64,000 bases of DNA from Acanthaster planci (Eukaryota), in contig NW_019091355.1 in NCBI RefSeq assembly GCF_001949145.1, positions 2,007,107-2,071,106 of the forward strand, in the 5' to 3' direction. Position 1 is the first letter of the stretch; the number at the start of each line of letters is the position of its first letter. The notes beneath the pieces were generated by a model, which did no database searches, had not been told where the DNA came from, and worked only from the letters and a program-made list of their open reading frames with translations. The position numbers and the translations under genes are program-made. Positions 26,001-40,400 of this stretch are shown here, piece by piece.

Positions 26001-29000
26001 ATAGATCGTGGTTTTCCTCTCTGCTGCTTTAACTGCAAATACTGCACTTTCCACCACTTGTAAAAAGAGATTAAACCTACAGATTGTTGCATGCCAGCAA
26101 GGCTGCTGTTGCCTAGCAACCAAAGAGACAAGTATTCCAAAGACAAAGACTTTCATCATTCTACTTCAATATTATACTAAAAAAGTTAGTGAATTATCTG
26201 TATTGACTTTAACCTGTACAAGACTTGTATAAATTTACTGCATGAATTACAAAATTGGTTGCTAAGCAACCATGGGAAATCAATTTAAAATCTAGTTTTC
26301 GCATGCTTGAAGAAAAACTTCATGACAAAAGTGTTGCTTTCTCAGTAATTTTAAAATGTGAATCTTTCCGATATTTTTAAGTACTTTTGAAAATTGAGCT
26401 AAAGACACTTTGGCCACCTCTATCTTTGTTAATGATGCTTAATTTCGATCTTTTCATTTTTTAGCGTTACAAGTGTTCAATATTTGTTGTTTGATTTGGA
26501 GATTTCTATGAGTGTTACCCGGAAAGTTTTGAAGATTGAAAAAAAATGGCTTTTTAAAAGAGGGCACAGAGGTGAATACAGGAAAACTAAACTGTTTTGA
26601 AACCTGCTGTTGGTTTTTCTGAAATATACGTGTCTGTAGACCACCCCTTGCCCTCTTGCAATTGGACCGAAATAGATTCTGAAATTTTTTCGCAGAGTTT
26701 CAAACCGATTTAGCAGTGGTAAAAATAAAATGTCCATTTACCAAAGGAGGGTCTACTGAAATGTTTTTGAAGAGCGATACCCGCTGTTGGAACAATATTG
26801 GAGATTTTACTGGACCATAACTCACTGTTCATTTGTATGTTGGTTTGCTCCAGAAAACACATTCCACGAAATTACGAATTGTGTCACGAATAGGTGACTT
26901 TTGATTTTTGCATGTATGTACGAACGAACTAACGAACCTACAGCTGCATGTGGCAGTGGTTGATATCGTGCAAAAATTAATTTGGCGTTTTTCCAAGATG
27001 AGAACAATTACCGAGGTAGCCACCGTGGTGGTAACCTTTGAACCATGGTAATCAAGGTGTTGGTGTTACGAAGAATCTTATTTTACACTTTGTAGCCAAA
27101 ATTACATGGTAAGGCTGCATGACCGTGCACCACAAAACAACTTGTTAAAGGGGCTATTTTTAAATAGGAAATCTGATTATCGAATGTGTGGTATATACCA
27201 TCAACATTGGAAGCATTCCATTCATAAAAATTATCGAAGTATGGCTATTTCAGAAGTGTAATTACAAAAACAAACTGTAGTCTGTCCCGTTCCATTCCGT
27301 CGAAGGAAGAATACTATGTACATGTATGCCTGCAGATTACACTGTTCTCAAAATACTGTGAAAAGATTAAAGTGATTTAAGCACAGTTTTGATTCTTGTT
27401 TTCTGTTTATATTGATCTGTGTATCGATTATAGATGGACATCTTTGTTTTATTGGAAAAGTTTGTTAATGCTTGCTAAACTTGCAGACTTTCGTTGGCAG
27501 CACGCGTTGAAGTGTGGCTCAATTACCCAAGAATAAAACAAACTTGAATGGTACATGGCATGTAGTGAAAATAGCCCCAATGCTGCCCATTGAAATAAGT
27601 ATCATTCAGGATTCACAGCATTCTTGATTCAAGTCCCCTTTACCCGCTAGTCCACGCAAACAAGCTAGACCGACCTCGTGCCTCGTCCTCGGTCACATGG
27701 TACCTACGACATAATTGCTCGAGCAATTTCGGAATTCTAATGTCTATACGAAATGCTCATTTTGTACATTGGTATTCTGCTATAAAAGGAAGCGGCGGCG
27801 GATAGTGGGATCGGGCGGCACATTGATGGAATTCGAATGATTCGGGAAAATTTAGTCTCTACAGAGAGTAACAATGCACAATTAAGGAGTTAGAATTAAC
27901 CATAAAATGTATATCTAGATATATACCCCGAGGTGACTGCATTAAGGTAGAATGGAATAGCTTGCATAAAAAGTAAATTAAGTTTTATCTGGTAAGGAAA
28001 TAGAAAGCACTGCATTTCAAAATTTCTGCACTTTTGTAATCATAAATATCTCTCCAGGTGCGCTCCTGAATTTAACAAGGGACGAAAGGCGAGAGAAATC
28101 CATTTAAATTTAAATCAAACCATATGCAAAGGCAGCAGAGATAAGCTACATTGATCCCTTGTACAAAACTGTACAGATTGTAACTAATTTTTTCCGGTCT
28201 TCTTTTATGTATGTAGTGTTTTGTGTTACCTTGTCGTATTTATTTACCGTCTGGACGGCTGGAACAAGCCTTGTCAACGGTAGCTAAGGCACGAAAGACT
28301 AATGTCACGTGATCAGACTAGTGCTCATAGAACCTTTCCAATAAAACTGCCACTACATGAAACCATTCTCTTCCTTATTGAATTGGAGATCAATCTTGTA
28401 TGCGCTACTTCATCAGCTGGTTGCATCATGAGCAACGAAGTAGAGCAGGGATCGGTGGTTAATGACCTTTTACCAACTGAACAAAGCTATTGATCGACAG
28501 TGTAATTGGTACAAAACGACTGCATTTAAGAGCCAAAGTTTTCAACAGCAATCCTAATTTTCATTATAATTGACTTATGGATATTCTAAGCTGAGTAGAG
28601 TCATTACCAAGGAATTTGCGATATTAGGCATTTGCCTGTATCGAGGGATCTAAAATTAACAAGAGCAAATGGCATTACGATACCTTCAGGACCTTGTTGC
28701 ATCCCTGCAATACGCCTGGCGCCATATCGTCACAAAGAACCCAAACACCATACCTTTTAGTAAACAACAGAAAATGATGCATGGAGGCCGGCAATTATGA
28801 TGCTCTGGGACAGACGCCATTGATGGACACAAACTACAACCTGTGGTCTATTATACTACTTTCCTTTTAACTTAACAAAGGCGAAAACGACATTAACCTG
28901 ACTTCTAAATGGACCTTTTCAACAGAAACGACAGCAGGGAGAAGCTGTATGCGGATTGCTATGGAAACAATTATGGACCTATTTTATGCTAGATCTGTTC

Positions 29001-29340
29001 TGTGGTATCCCGTTCCATGTAATTCATCAAGTGCAAAACAGGCAAATGTTGTATATTAATAACAATATTTAATAACCAGGTCAACTGGACAATGCCCAGT
29101 GGTTGACTATAAGTACCCAGCATTTTCTCAACAACGACTTACAAATTAACAAAACTAGATGGCATTTGAATGCTGTCGTGTGACTCGACTCAGAGGGATG
29201 CAGCTACAGCTTGCCTGGCACCGAACACACAAACAATAGTAGACCTAGTTAGGCCTAAGCCGATAATTACATGTCTGGTGCCCTCGCAGAGACCTGATGT
29301 CAGGTTCAACCCGTAGTTCGAGAGGACATCACAATTTCTT

Positions 29341-30335
29341 ATGGCTATTTCCTTGTTCCTAGCAAGCTGCCAAAGTGATGTCTGTTCCCTGGAACTCAAC
29401 TCGAGATTTTACTCTATTAAGAGCCGCGCCCTTCAGGATCATGCGTTTCGGATGAAGACTGTATCATCTGCTGTGATGTGTGGGCGGGACTGTTCTATGG
29501 ACTCTCGGTGTGCATCATTCAACTATCATGCTAGGAGCCATCTTTGTAAACTGAACAATAAAACAAGACTGCAAAGCCAGTGGGCCTTTGTCAAGATGGA
29601 AGGAAGCGTGTACTTTGATAAAAACTATGAAATTTCTTTCTTGTCAGCGCCCTCTGTCAGAAAGTACACGAGCTGCTTGAAATTACTGAGAGCTGGTTTC
29701 AATGGCAGTGGCATCTACACTATTCACCCTTCTGGTATAGTTGACGGCTTACAAGTTTACTGCGACATGGAGACTGATGAGGGAGGCTGGATCGCGTTCC
29801 AACGTCGCGAGGACGGCTCTGTCGACTTCTACCGCGATTGGACTGACTACCAGTCTGGCTTTGGTAACCTGAACGGTGAGTTCTGGTTAGGAAATGAGGT
29901 TCTACGCACACTAACTGAGACCGGACAGTGGCAACTCAGAGTATACTCTGAGTTGCCACTGACCTGGGAGACTGGGAAGACAACACGGCATGGGCACAGT
30001 ACGGTGAGTTTAATATCTGGGACCCCGATTACACTCTTCATATCAGCTTATACAATGCCTCAAGTACAGCAGGGGACGCAAGGAAAAGTAACAAGAAGTG
30101 TCGGTTCTCAACAAAAGATAGGGACAATGACATTCACATCAAGAACTGTGCACGTTTTTATGAAGGTGCATGGTGGTTTAAGGACTGCTTCAGATTCGGT
30201 GCCCATCTCAATGGTAAATACACCCGTGACCAACCCTCCGTTAAAACAGATGCAGGTGTACAGTGGTTACTTTGGGAAGGACATGTTGACCACCCCTTGA
30301 AGGAAAGCGAAATGAAAATGCGGGAAGTGCCTTAA
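29341..30335 (+). pseudogene. Frameshifted PAN/apple + fibrinogen C-terminal domain (FReD) gene, copy 1
   Basis: PAN motif [21 protein letters not shown], then FReD motifs [27 protein letters not shown] and [15 protein letters not shown] 17-nt insertion at 29944-29960 shifts the frame. Removing it restores [40 protein letters not shown] ending at 30335 with no other stop. Confidence 0.9.
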
Positions 30336-33300
30336 GGTAGATATAAACTTGTGGGTGGTGCGCGCAAAACTATGTTAATTTCACAAAACAGAACCGGGGT
30401 TGACCATGAGGTAACCAGAGGGACAAGCATCTGAGGGGGCCCTATTTGAAGTCGAAGGGCTTATGAAGGGACGTATTAAACTACCCAGAACCAGTCTACC
30501 GTATACTGAGCTTTGTAGAGCATTATTGGCCTGAGGCGCCCTCCATAGATCATAAAAAGAAAGTTTAGTTCCCCTTTGTGATTCGCCCGTCCACTGGCAT
30601 GACGTTCTTCTGTCGAGTACTCGTTGAATGCGTTTGTTTCAACATTTCCAAGTGCTCAAGGCTCGACAGCGAGTAACCCACTGTGCTTTCCGCTTCTAAA
30701 GCTGTGACGTATTTCCTTCTAAAACATTTTGAACCACCTCTACCCTCCCCTGTACCTGGTGGCGGAATTTATAAGGACTTACCTCAGCTCATTATCCCAA
30801 TTATGGACGAGGGGCTGAATTAGTGGAATGAAGGTGTCATTGCCAAAAACACATCCATGGTGCCAGGTCCCAAAGCTGTTTGCACTGAGCTTAATTGTGG
30901 TAGGGCACCGTGGCAGTTCAATTGCAGATCTCCAGTTCCATCACAATTTACAGTCTCATACGGGCGAGTCCTTCAATATCAGGATTTATGTAGTCATCTG
31001 AGAACAAAAATGGGCGGGCGAACCCTAGGCTTCACTCTATGCAAACTTGAATAAAAAAATCTAAATACACAGACTGCAGGTCGGAGGACGAAACCAGAGG
31101 TGGGCGCGTCCTACAAGTGGCACAAGCTGATGGCCTGCCGAGGTACGTGACTGAGTAGACTGTACACAGATTACAAATGCCAAGCATTTAAGGGGAGGAT
31201 ATAGGCCGCTAATACCCATCATGCACGTTACCGATTTTTTGCATAATAAACAAAAGGTTCTCAAGCTAGATAAGATTATGTCGCAAGGGCTGCAGCCTTA
31301 GTCCTCCCAATTGGTAGTGTTTAATCGAAGGCCGCGCCTACTGGTATGTAACGAAGAATTTACTTTTCTTCTACTTTCATACCACGGTTTCCTAATCGCG
31401 GACCGACAACCAATCGTACCCCATACATTTCGGGGCGGCTGTCGGTGCAAACACACCAGTATAATCATGTTCACATCTAAACAGAGCATTGATTTTGAGT
31501 TTTTCCAGCTTGGAAAAAAGTATGTAAAATCATATTTGGATAAGACTTGAAGGTTTGCAAGGTGAGGAAAGCAACACTAGCGCTCAGAATTGACTGCATG
31601 TGACCATCCTGTTAGTTTAAGAGTTTCTCAAGGAGATTCTTGGGTCTCGATGACTCGCGAAAGAAATGCATTACATGTAATGGTAAACTTAAAGGAACAA
31701 CACACCACAACTGCATGTAGTGACTTTTAATTTTTAAAAATGTAGAAGAGACAGTTAGGTAATCCATGATGTAAAAAAAAACAACATTTCAGACAAAGAA
31801 TAAAAATTTATAACAACATTAACACTTCACTGCAAGAAAACACGGTGTGCACTTCGCGCATGCCTCACAATTATGGTCTAGATCAGGTTTAACATTACGG
31901 TTCACATTGACACCGCAAGACAACTGACCATAGACTTGTTATAATTCAATGCCAATAATGGCGATAATAATATTACGCCGCGGAGGAAGGACAAAGGAGT
32001 TTGAACTGCTCAGACTATAACATTTGGCCAATTACCGCTTTCTGGCATGCCCGATATGTTCATAGCCAGAGCGCAGCGAATGCTTGCTATACACCACCTG
32101 TTTCACAACCATAAGCCCCCTTTGAACACTATGATCCTCGCCGCAATTTGTCGCTGGTAATCTGCATCCTTAAAACGTTGTGCACTGCAGTTTAGGAAGT
32201 TGAATATTCTTGCAATCGTTGGTGCTTGGCACGATCTGACAACATCAAATTGAATACTTGCTCATTTGCTTTTATTAGGCTGTGTACCCGAAGTGTTCAT
32301 GTGTAGTTATTGCCCTAATCGAACGTTTTTTTCTATGAGTATTTTGGTAATAAATAGCCTAGTTGTTTATAACTAAGGTATTTTATGAGATCTCATGATC
32401 ACTCCTTGTGACGAAACAGTGCATTTTGTTATTCGCGAACTTAGGCTAACATGTGGTCAACATGTTGTTGGCCAGTCTATATAGGCCAAATTGGTACAAA
32501 GACTTTACAAACTGATATTTTGGAGAGACAAAATAAAATTACAAACATTGCATGGATAATGGAAAAGTGCATCAAAATTTTTTAAAAATTATTCACGGCG
32601 GCAGAAGTAATCTAATGTTTAATATTTTTTTTCTTTTTCCTGGTCACTGCGATAAACTGTCGTTAATAGCAAAGAAAATACCACAACTATTGCTACGATG
32701 TTACTGGCCCCACTTGTTCGGCTTAGCTGCAAGAAGTAATTAGGCATTTTGGGAATGTTTACTATCGTTCGTCTGACTGGGCGCGCGGCGGCGATGATCA
32801 TCGAGCACTTTGATATGACAGACTTGTAACTCCTGTATCCTTCCTCCATGGTTACACTAAACCCTAAATTCCGAAGACGTCACCTTAATTTTTTTTACAC
32901 TTCCTGGTACCTGAAATTGCCATCTTCATCTTAGGTTATTCCTGAAAAGTACTGCAAATTTTCAACATCACCACCAACATTAATTCCACGATTTGTAACA
33001 CACACTCGGGTTTTGCTAGACTAACAGTCAACTGTGACCCAGATAGTACAGTAAACTGCAAACTGATTTTTTCCCTTTCAAGACATCTTGTACATGTGTA
33101 TTAAACTCTCAGAGGTCCTGGGGGAGAATCTTTCACACAGATGATCGAAATTTGATTTCGCAATGACTCACAATGACTTTGGTTTTTTACTCAACCTTTA
33201 GAACTTGTGAGTAAATATCAGGCTTGACACTGAGGGATAACTCCCCCATTGTTCTAAAACACACTTCACTTATAAATAGCAAGGGTGCCACGACATTCCT

Positions 33301-34470
33301 GAAAGTGATTGTTCTTATTCCATTCTGAAGCAAAACGACATTTTGTGACCTGAAGTCTGAATGCACGTGTTGCGTGTCTTGAGAGATTTTAGTGAATATC
33401 AACAAACAAACAAAATGTTTGTACTTTTGGAAAAAAAGATTAAATGTTTTAAAATAGTACAATGAGAACTATTAATGTGTAAAAACTTCATCTATTTGGC
33501 AATATGAAAACGCAGCACAGCCACAATATATACATTTTGTACAATCATTTAAACAATTCAAGCAATGCAGCCAATTTTTACCTGACTGAAAGTCAATGCA
33601 TGCACAGTGCCATGAAAACCAACATTGTTGGCCTTGTTCCAGCTGTATATGAATATTACAAAGCAAATTGTGGACTTGCTTGTTATAGGCCTAACTCGAC
33701 TTGGTCAAAAAGCGACGTACGTATGTACCCGTCTACGTTTCCAAAGATCAAAAAGGTCGGTTCATGTACTTGAACCAGGATTTCATTGCCACAGCATGTG
33801 ATGGTTACACGACGAAGGTCGGTGCATCTGCTGGGAGTGCAAGCCTAAAACAAGCTGGGCATGAGATCACTTCACGCTCCCCAGGTATTCAGTAATTACG
33901 GAGGCACTTGGACAAACATATAGAAATGATGTCACGATAAAAATCATAACTGGTAACACCAAATGTACCATAATCCAACACAATATTGGGACCTACCTAT
34001 CTCACGCATCAACATGCATTTAAGGGACTATTCACACATCCAATTCAGTGAGTTAGCAAGCTGCAGATGCCGATATCTCAAGCTGCACATTGGGGACTGA
34101 ATCAAGCGATGTTATCTTGTTGAGTGTCGTATGGAAGCAATATATTATACTCGGTATGAAATGGAAACCATTCTGCTGACGTGTCAAGAATATGAACAAG
34201 ATAGTCTTCGATTTTCAGACAATACTGACGTTTTAACATACGATTTCAGATGCAGCCTTTTATGCAATACACTCACTTTTTTAAAAAGTTTAACACAGCC
34301 TTTTTTATCGCATACAACTACTTGCAGCAATAAAAACGCTATTCTAAAATGATGGTGCAGGATCATGATAACGGTGTAAACTCTCAATATTCCTATTGAT
34401 AAAAATCGCAGAACTTGTACAAACGCTAAATGAATATGAGGCTAGTCGTATGTTGGTATAAGGGGAAAAT

Positions 34471-37400
34471 TTAAACTTTTTCCATCTCGTACAATTCGGA
34501 GGCAGTGAAGATCCTCCGTCCAGCAAAGAAATTTCTTAAGTTCCTCAGCCTGTCCCCTCGTGACAGCTTGGCGCCGCTCAGGTTCTTCATCTTGGAGGCC
34601 TTTGGGTGCCAGACCATGGTCATGCCATTGGCCGTCAGCTGGAGCTGCATGCAGAGCAGAGACACACCCCAGAGGATGGAGGGGACGTTGAGCAGCCACA
34701 TACCCCACAGCCAGCCGTGCTGGTGGACGATGGCCACCCCCACATCCCACAGGGCTTGGCCTGGGTACAGAAGGCGCAGGTACTGGACAGAGTAGACCAG
34801 GAAGAGAACTTGAGACAGCAGGGCCAGGAAGATGAGAAGGACGAAGTGCCGGTGGTTGTCTTTGGCGATGCAGCGGAGAAGGAAGAGGCAGTGATGATCC
34901 ATATTCAGCATGCATTGTTCACAGAGCTTACAGTGCTTTGTGCGCTCTGGGATGACAATCTTAAAGAGGGACAAAGGAAAAGACAACATACACGATACGT
35001 TACAAAAAAAAACTCGCCCAAAAAAGGATCGCATTTATTTAATTATAGACGAAATTTGAACAAAGTCAAACCAATTTTTGAGATTTTTGCACAATGCAGG
35101 TGATTGAACTCCATTTTTTGAGTAAAGCATATCTGAATACAGCTTTACCTACGAGAAAAGAAGTATGCTGTAAATGTACGTTTTTAATGAGTTCAAGTGG
35201 GTTCATACTTTAGTTTTTCAGCACACAGAATTTTGAGATTGAAACGTTTCTCCACAAGGAATTTGGAAATAATTGCTGAAAAGTTGAAGCAAGGCACAGT
35301 AGGCCCACTTGTCCTATACCTCACAAGGACCGCAGTATTCATCGTACTTGACCTCTCCCGATGCTACATGTCTGATGTTGAGAAACGGTTCATCGATGGA
35401 GGGACCAGCCTTAGAAAATGTACACTTGCCCGCGTCACGGACCAGCAGCACCACGTACAAGTACACGATGCACAAGAGCACTGGTAGGTCAATCAAGACG
35501 TGGATGAACGAGTTGACTGGCCATAGAAGTGGACAGATTGGTCAAGGGTACAATACACCAATGCATGAATGCAAGGCCCACCAATACCAACACACGTACC
35601 CGGTACCCAAAGTCGTACCAAGTCATGTTTATACATGTAGTAGTATGTTCGGCTGGCTGTGTTGTAGCTCAAAACGATCCCCGTGGTCAAAATATTCATT
35701 CCTGGGCGAGACCTTTCGATTGTTTCTAGGTACCTGTATAAAATGACTGTCGAATGCAGATCTTCATTAAATGTGTTCTGGGCCACATGCTAAGTACTAA
35801 AACGTAACCCTATCCCTCCCTGTCTGATTTCCCGATCTACCTCTTATCCTTGCGTCTGTGAATCCCTTTTAAAGCTTTTTCAGTGGAAGTATTTTTTCCA
35901 AAATGAAAATCTAACCTGCTTCTTTCGGGAAAAAATATCTTCTTGACAAACGTTTACAGTGCGGTGTCCTAGCAGGTGGTTAATGAGAAACATGACAACT
36001 TATGGTGTCAAGGATATCTGGGAGCACCTTCCAGCAGAAACAGAGTAGTGTGTGAAAGAGGCCGGCCACAAAGGCACCACAGTACACAGGATTGGACCAC
36101 CTAAAATGGCGGGAAATCGAATGAAAGTATTAACGTTCTCACAATGATTCCATTGTGCTTATTTTGCGATAGCCTGACAAACCTAAATATGAACGATGCG
36201 TTTGTTTCATAAATGCCGCCTTCGGCATTTCCTGGTGTCATAAACACCACAAATAATATAATTCTTTGTTGTTTTGATGACACTGAAGTCATTTCAATTT
36301 GTCAAAATTTAACGGACTCAACTGAAAAGGCACACATTACACCTCACGACCACAGCAATTATCAAAATTTGACAAAAACATGTACTTGCTGTACAGTCGT
36401 CAATGTCAATAAAAGAAAAGTCTGATTTACAAAACTGATAGTAATCCCTGCGATACAATGGTATACAGTCACTGATTACAAAACTACATGTGCCATTGTA
36501 TCATTTGTATCATCTGTATCATTTGTGGAATCCAACAAACCGAGGTTGTTGGGTGGTGAAGATAACTTCATCAATAACGCAAGAGGTTGTGGGTTCAAGT
36601 TCCACTGGGCAGGTCTGTAAGGCTTTCCTCACAGGCTTTCGGACGCCATTACCAAAGCCACAATCCCCTACCTGGATATGTGCCTCAGCCGGTGGCCCTG
36701 GTTACCAATGTAGAATGCCAGAAAACAGGTGGCTACTGTGATGAAGAGAGCCCCGAAGCGGGGTACTACCAAGTGGACTAAAAGAATGAGGGCAAAGAAA
36801 TGGGCCGGCATGGTCAGCATGAAGTACCAGGTGAAGAGGGGGCCCTTGGGGGGCAAATGAGGAGTCTTGGAGTCCGCCCAGTAACTCAGCTCCTTGAACA
36901 AATATTGATGGCTGGCAAAAGAAGGGGACATCGAGACCACGTTAATCGGAAACTTTTGTTAACAGTAGTGAAATTTTCATCTCTCTAGCGCAAACTTTGA
37001 AATTTCAAACCATGAATCCGGGGAAAAGAAATTGGTATTTACCCGGCGGATCGCCCCTCTACGAGTATCTGCAGCGGTGTCTGGCCCTGGTTGTTGGTGA
37101 CTCGTAGCAAGCCACAGTTGCCACGCTGCAGGAGGATCCAGCAGGCCTCGCTCAGCGCGTTGATGCACGCTATATGCAGCGGTGTGTTGCCGTTATTATC
37201 AGTCCATGTGAGCTCTGATCTCTATGGCAGAACATTTCCACAAGGAAAATTTAAAGTATCAGCCGACTGATGAAACTGGGTCAGCCGTTTCAAAATTTCA
37301 GATTCTCATACTTTTAGTTGTATTTCGTTTTCTTAAAAAAGCAAAGAAAAATAAATGCAGAGCTACATGCATTGGCAATAATTTGTTAAACTTACGTCGT

Positions 37401-40400
37401 TCTTCAGCAGGTATTTCATGGCATCTTGGAAGCCTTGTAGACAAACTAGGTGCAGGGGAGTTTGACCACTGAGACAATGAAAATACAACCCTATTCACCC
37501 ACAGGCTTTTGCGTATACATTGGAATGACTCCCGGTAACACATTTCTTTTGAAACTATTGTTATAAATAAATTGATTAAAGTTCATCTGTGCACGCATAA
37601 TGTAACTGTTTTTGTCAAGCAAGGTGTTTTCACGCTTAAGCAAATTGGCCGTTGCTTTTAACCGCTCTTCTCATTCCCACAATGCATGGGTTTCAATTTA
37701 CGATGTAAAAGAAATACGACTATTGTGACGTTACCAATCTATCACAGGCTAACTGAACAATTCAAACTCTTTTCAGGGCTCTGCTGATCTATTGCGACAC
37801 GATACATGTACACATGGATTTGTCTCAAATGTAACCCTTGCCCTGTGCTGTTAGCCCTTCTGAAACACATCCGATTTGTGGTGTGCACGAACGTTGCTCA
37901 GGAAAACGATCCTTTACTCGACGTCGTGGTAACTTACTTGCCATCTCTGTCATGAAATGCCATGCCATGCACCTCGGACAAGTAGTGTAGGGTTAAGCTG
38001 TAACCAAGGAAAGAAACAGGCTGTGAAGCCGTCCAACATGAACGTCTCCAACTCAAAAGCAATCTCACACTGCCAAATGGAGAGGGTTACAATCATATTT
38101 TCCAGGGAAACAGAGCTTATGAGGCAAATGCTGATGAGTAATCGAACGCAAAATATAATATGAGGCACTGAAATTGTACACTGAAGGGAGTGTGCGTCAA
38201 AATGCTTCGCAATAAATAGTAAGGATATAGTAATAGAAGTTCAAGTAGCTTCGCACTTCCTTTAAGGCAAGTTACAATGCTGCTAAATAAAATAATTTTT
38301 ATTCCAACTGTGCTGCAAAGTTGGTAGCAGAAGTCTTGTCCACATGTATAGGGGCGTGTGATAAACCTACTGTTCACACATGTGCATGCAACTGGAGTTG
38401 TGGGCATGTTTGTATGTGTTGTCTGGGCTACATGCATTTAGCATCCAAAACGGATACGGTGATGTTGTACATCAAACCACTTACACAGAGCCTCCTGCTG
38501 CAGCATGATGGAGACAGTTCCTCCCAGCAAAGTCTCTGTGCCACACATCACCTTTGACCTCAGCCTCCTCCAGCATGGCATGAATATTCACGAGGGCCCC
38601 TCGTTTACACGCGTAGTGGAGCGGTGTCTCTCCGTAGTCGTTGGGCTCGTTGACGCTGGCTCCATGGTCCAGCAGGAGGCGAGTGATTTTTGGATCACCA
38701 CGGAGTCCCGCTTTGTGTAGAGGCGTCAGACCGTGCCAGCCTTGATAGCAAAGACATGGAGACTGAAAATTATTTAAATAATTATATTTAAATAAGAACT
38801 ATATGAAATGGTGTCTGTCTTTAACTTAAGACCAAAAAAATCTATGGTGTCAGCTTGTACCCTTGCTGTATAGGGTACATCTACAACGTAGATACGGAAC
38901 CGACATGTAAAGAGAAAACTTCATTAGTTCTCGTATTGTGGAAAACGGTCGATGTACCATCGATTTTCTCTAAGCGTTGCAAATTTCACACTGTATAAAG
39001 TAAGATCCTTTATTCCACAAGACTGGATTCTGAGAAGAAACCATGACAACGTATACGCCAAGTTATACATGTACCGACGGGTAATAGTTGCAATACTGCC
39101 CCAAATGGCTGTGCCCTTTTTAATGTGTGAATTTAATTAAATTAATTAAATTCAAACGCGAGTAGAGTTTTGTCTCCCGAGTAGAAATTGCCACAGGAAC
39201 TGGTTAATTAATTATTGATTGCAACAGTTACTACAGGATGAATCATTGACAGTAGAATAGTCATATAAACATCCAATTTTGTTTCTGGCAAGGCCGAAAG
39301 TAAAACTCGCAAAACATACACCACATGCTGTACATGAACATATATATTTTTAAAATTGTGTCCAAAAATGTGGGGTTTTTGTAATGAAAAGGAAAGATTC
39401 TTCAGAGCTGCTCTTAGCTAGCCATGCTTTTCGCACTGTGGATTTTCAGTCCGATTTGTGTGGGCACCGTGAGCCATTGCGTGCGCAACCACGATTTCAC
39501 GCAAGAAGACGTTATCCACGACGCGGCTTACACGTACGTGGGTCTGAAAGTGCGATAAAAGGTCAAAGGTCAACCAGTACGCTTAAATGTTAGCTTGGCG
39601 CCACATTATACTCCTCAACAGAAAGTTGAAGCCCGTGACGTTCGGAAAGTTTAACCACGACGTTCACCTGTCCATTTTAGAACGGATCAGCAGGCTAAAC
39701 TTAAAAGATACTAACCTAAGAGACTGTTTGAAGCACAGCACTGGAGTGCAGGACGAAACTCAATCGACCAAAGTTGGTTTCAATCCCCCCGATTATTTCC
39801 GAACGGCAATAAACAAAACTCACAAGTACCTAAACACGTACTGACGGGGTGCCATTGCCACGGTTTTCGTGTAGATTTTACCTCTAAACACATCGCAACA
39901 TATATTTACTGCTCAGGGAATACGCCGACGGCCTACATGTAACGGCCCCAATATACTTCCACGGTATCGAAATCTATCAACCTACAATTCGCAATTATCA
40001 ACTATTTCTGTCTCCAATCACTATATCGATTCAAGACACTTCTGATACTGCATGTTTCAGCGCTGAATTCTACAAACAGAAACCATGGTAATGGGAAAAC
40101 GACAGGTAAAAGATTAGAACAGGTGTAAATCATTTACAGGAGAACGATCACGAATTGCTATTATGTGACTAACGAGCCAGTTCAGTATTCCAACTGCGCA
40201 TGCCAACTATGAGGCTATTCGGGAACAGCTAGGCGCACGCGATAGTCTGCCCTTTCAGTGCAGTGTCTTAACTTTTGAAATTCCGAACTGGCTGATCGGT
40301 GTGACATCCAAGAGAGTGACAAAGGATTCACTTGGCAACAACTACCTGTCACAGCAGTTCGTAGATTCAGTTGCTTCGAAATATAAGATAAAACACACAA

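Noticed and set aside
26080..27060. AT-rich stretch resembling a DNA-transposon interior
   Set aside because: I could not define TIRs, a TSD or a transposase remnant, so it is not reported as a feature.
34442..35103. Several 96-165 aa ORFs overlapping the last DHHC exon
   Set aside because: Shadow or antisense frames of a GC-rich coding exon.
36550..36625. Possible tRNA gene (GGTTCAAGTTCC B-box)
   Set aside because: No cloverleaf can be formed; at most a decayed SINE head.
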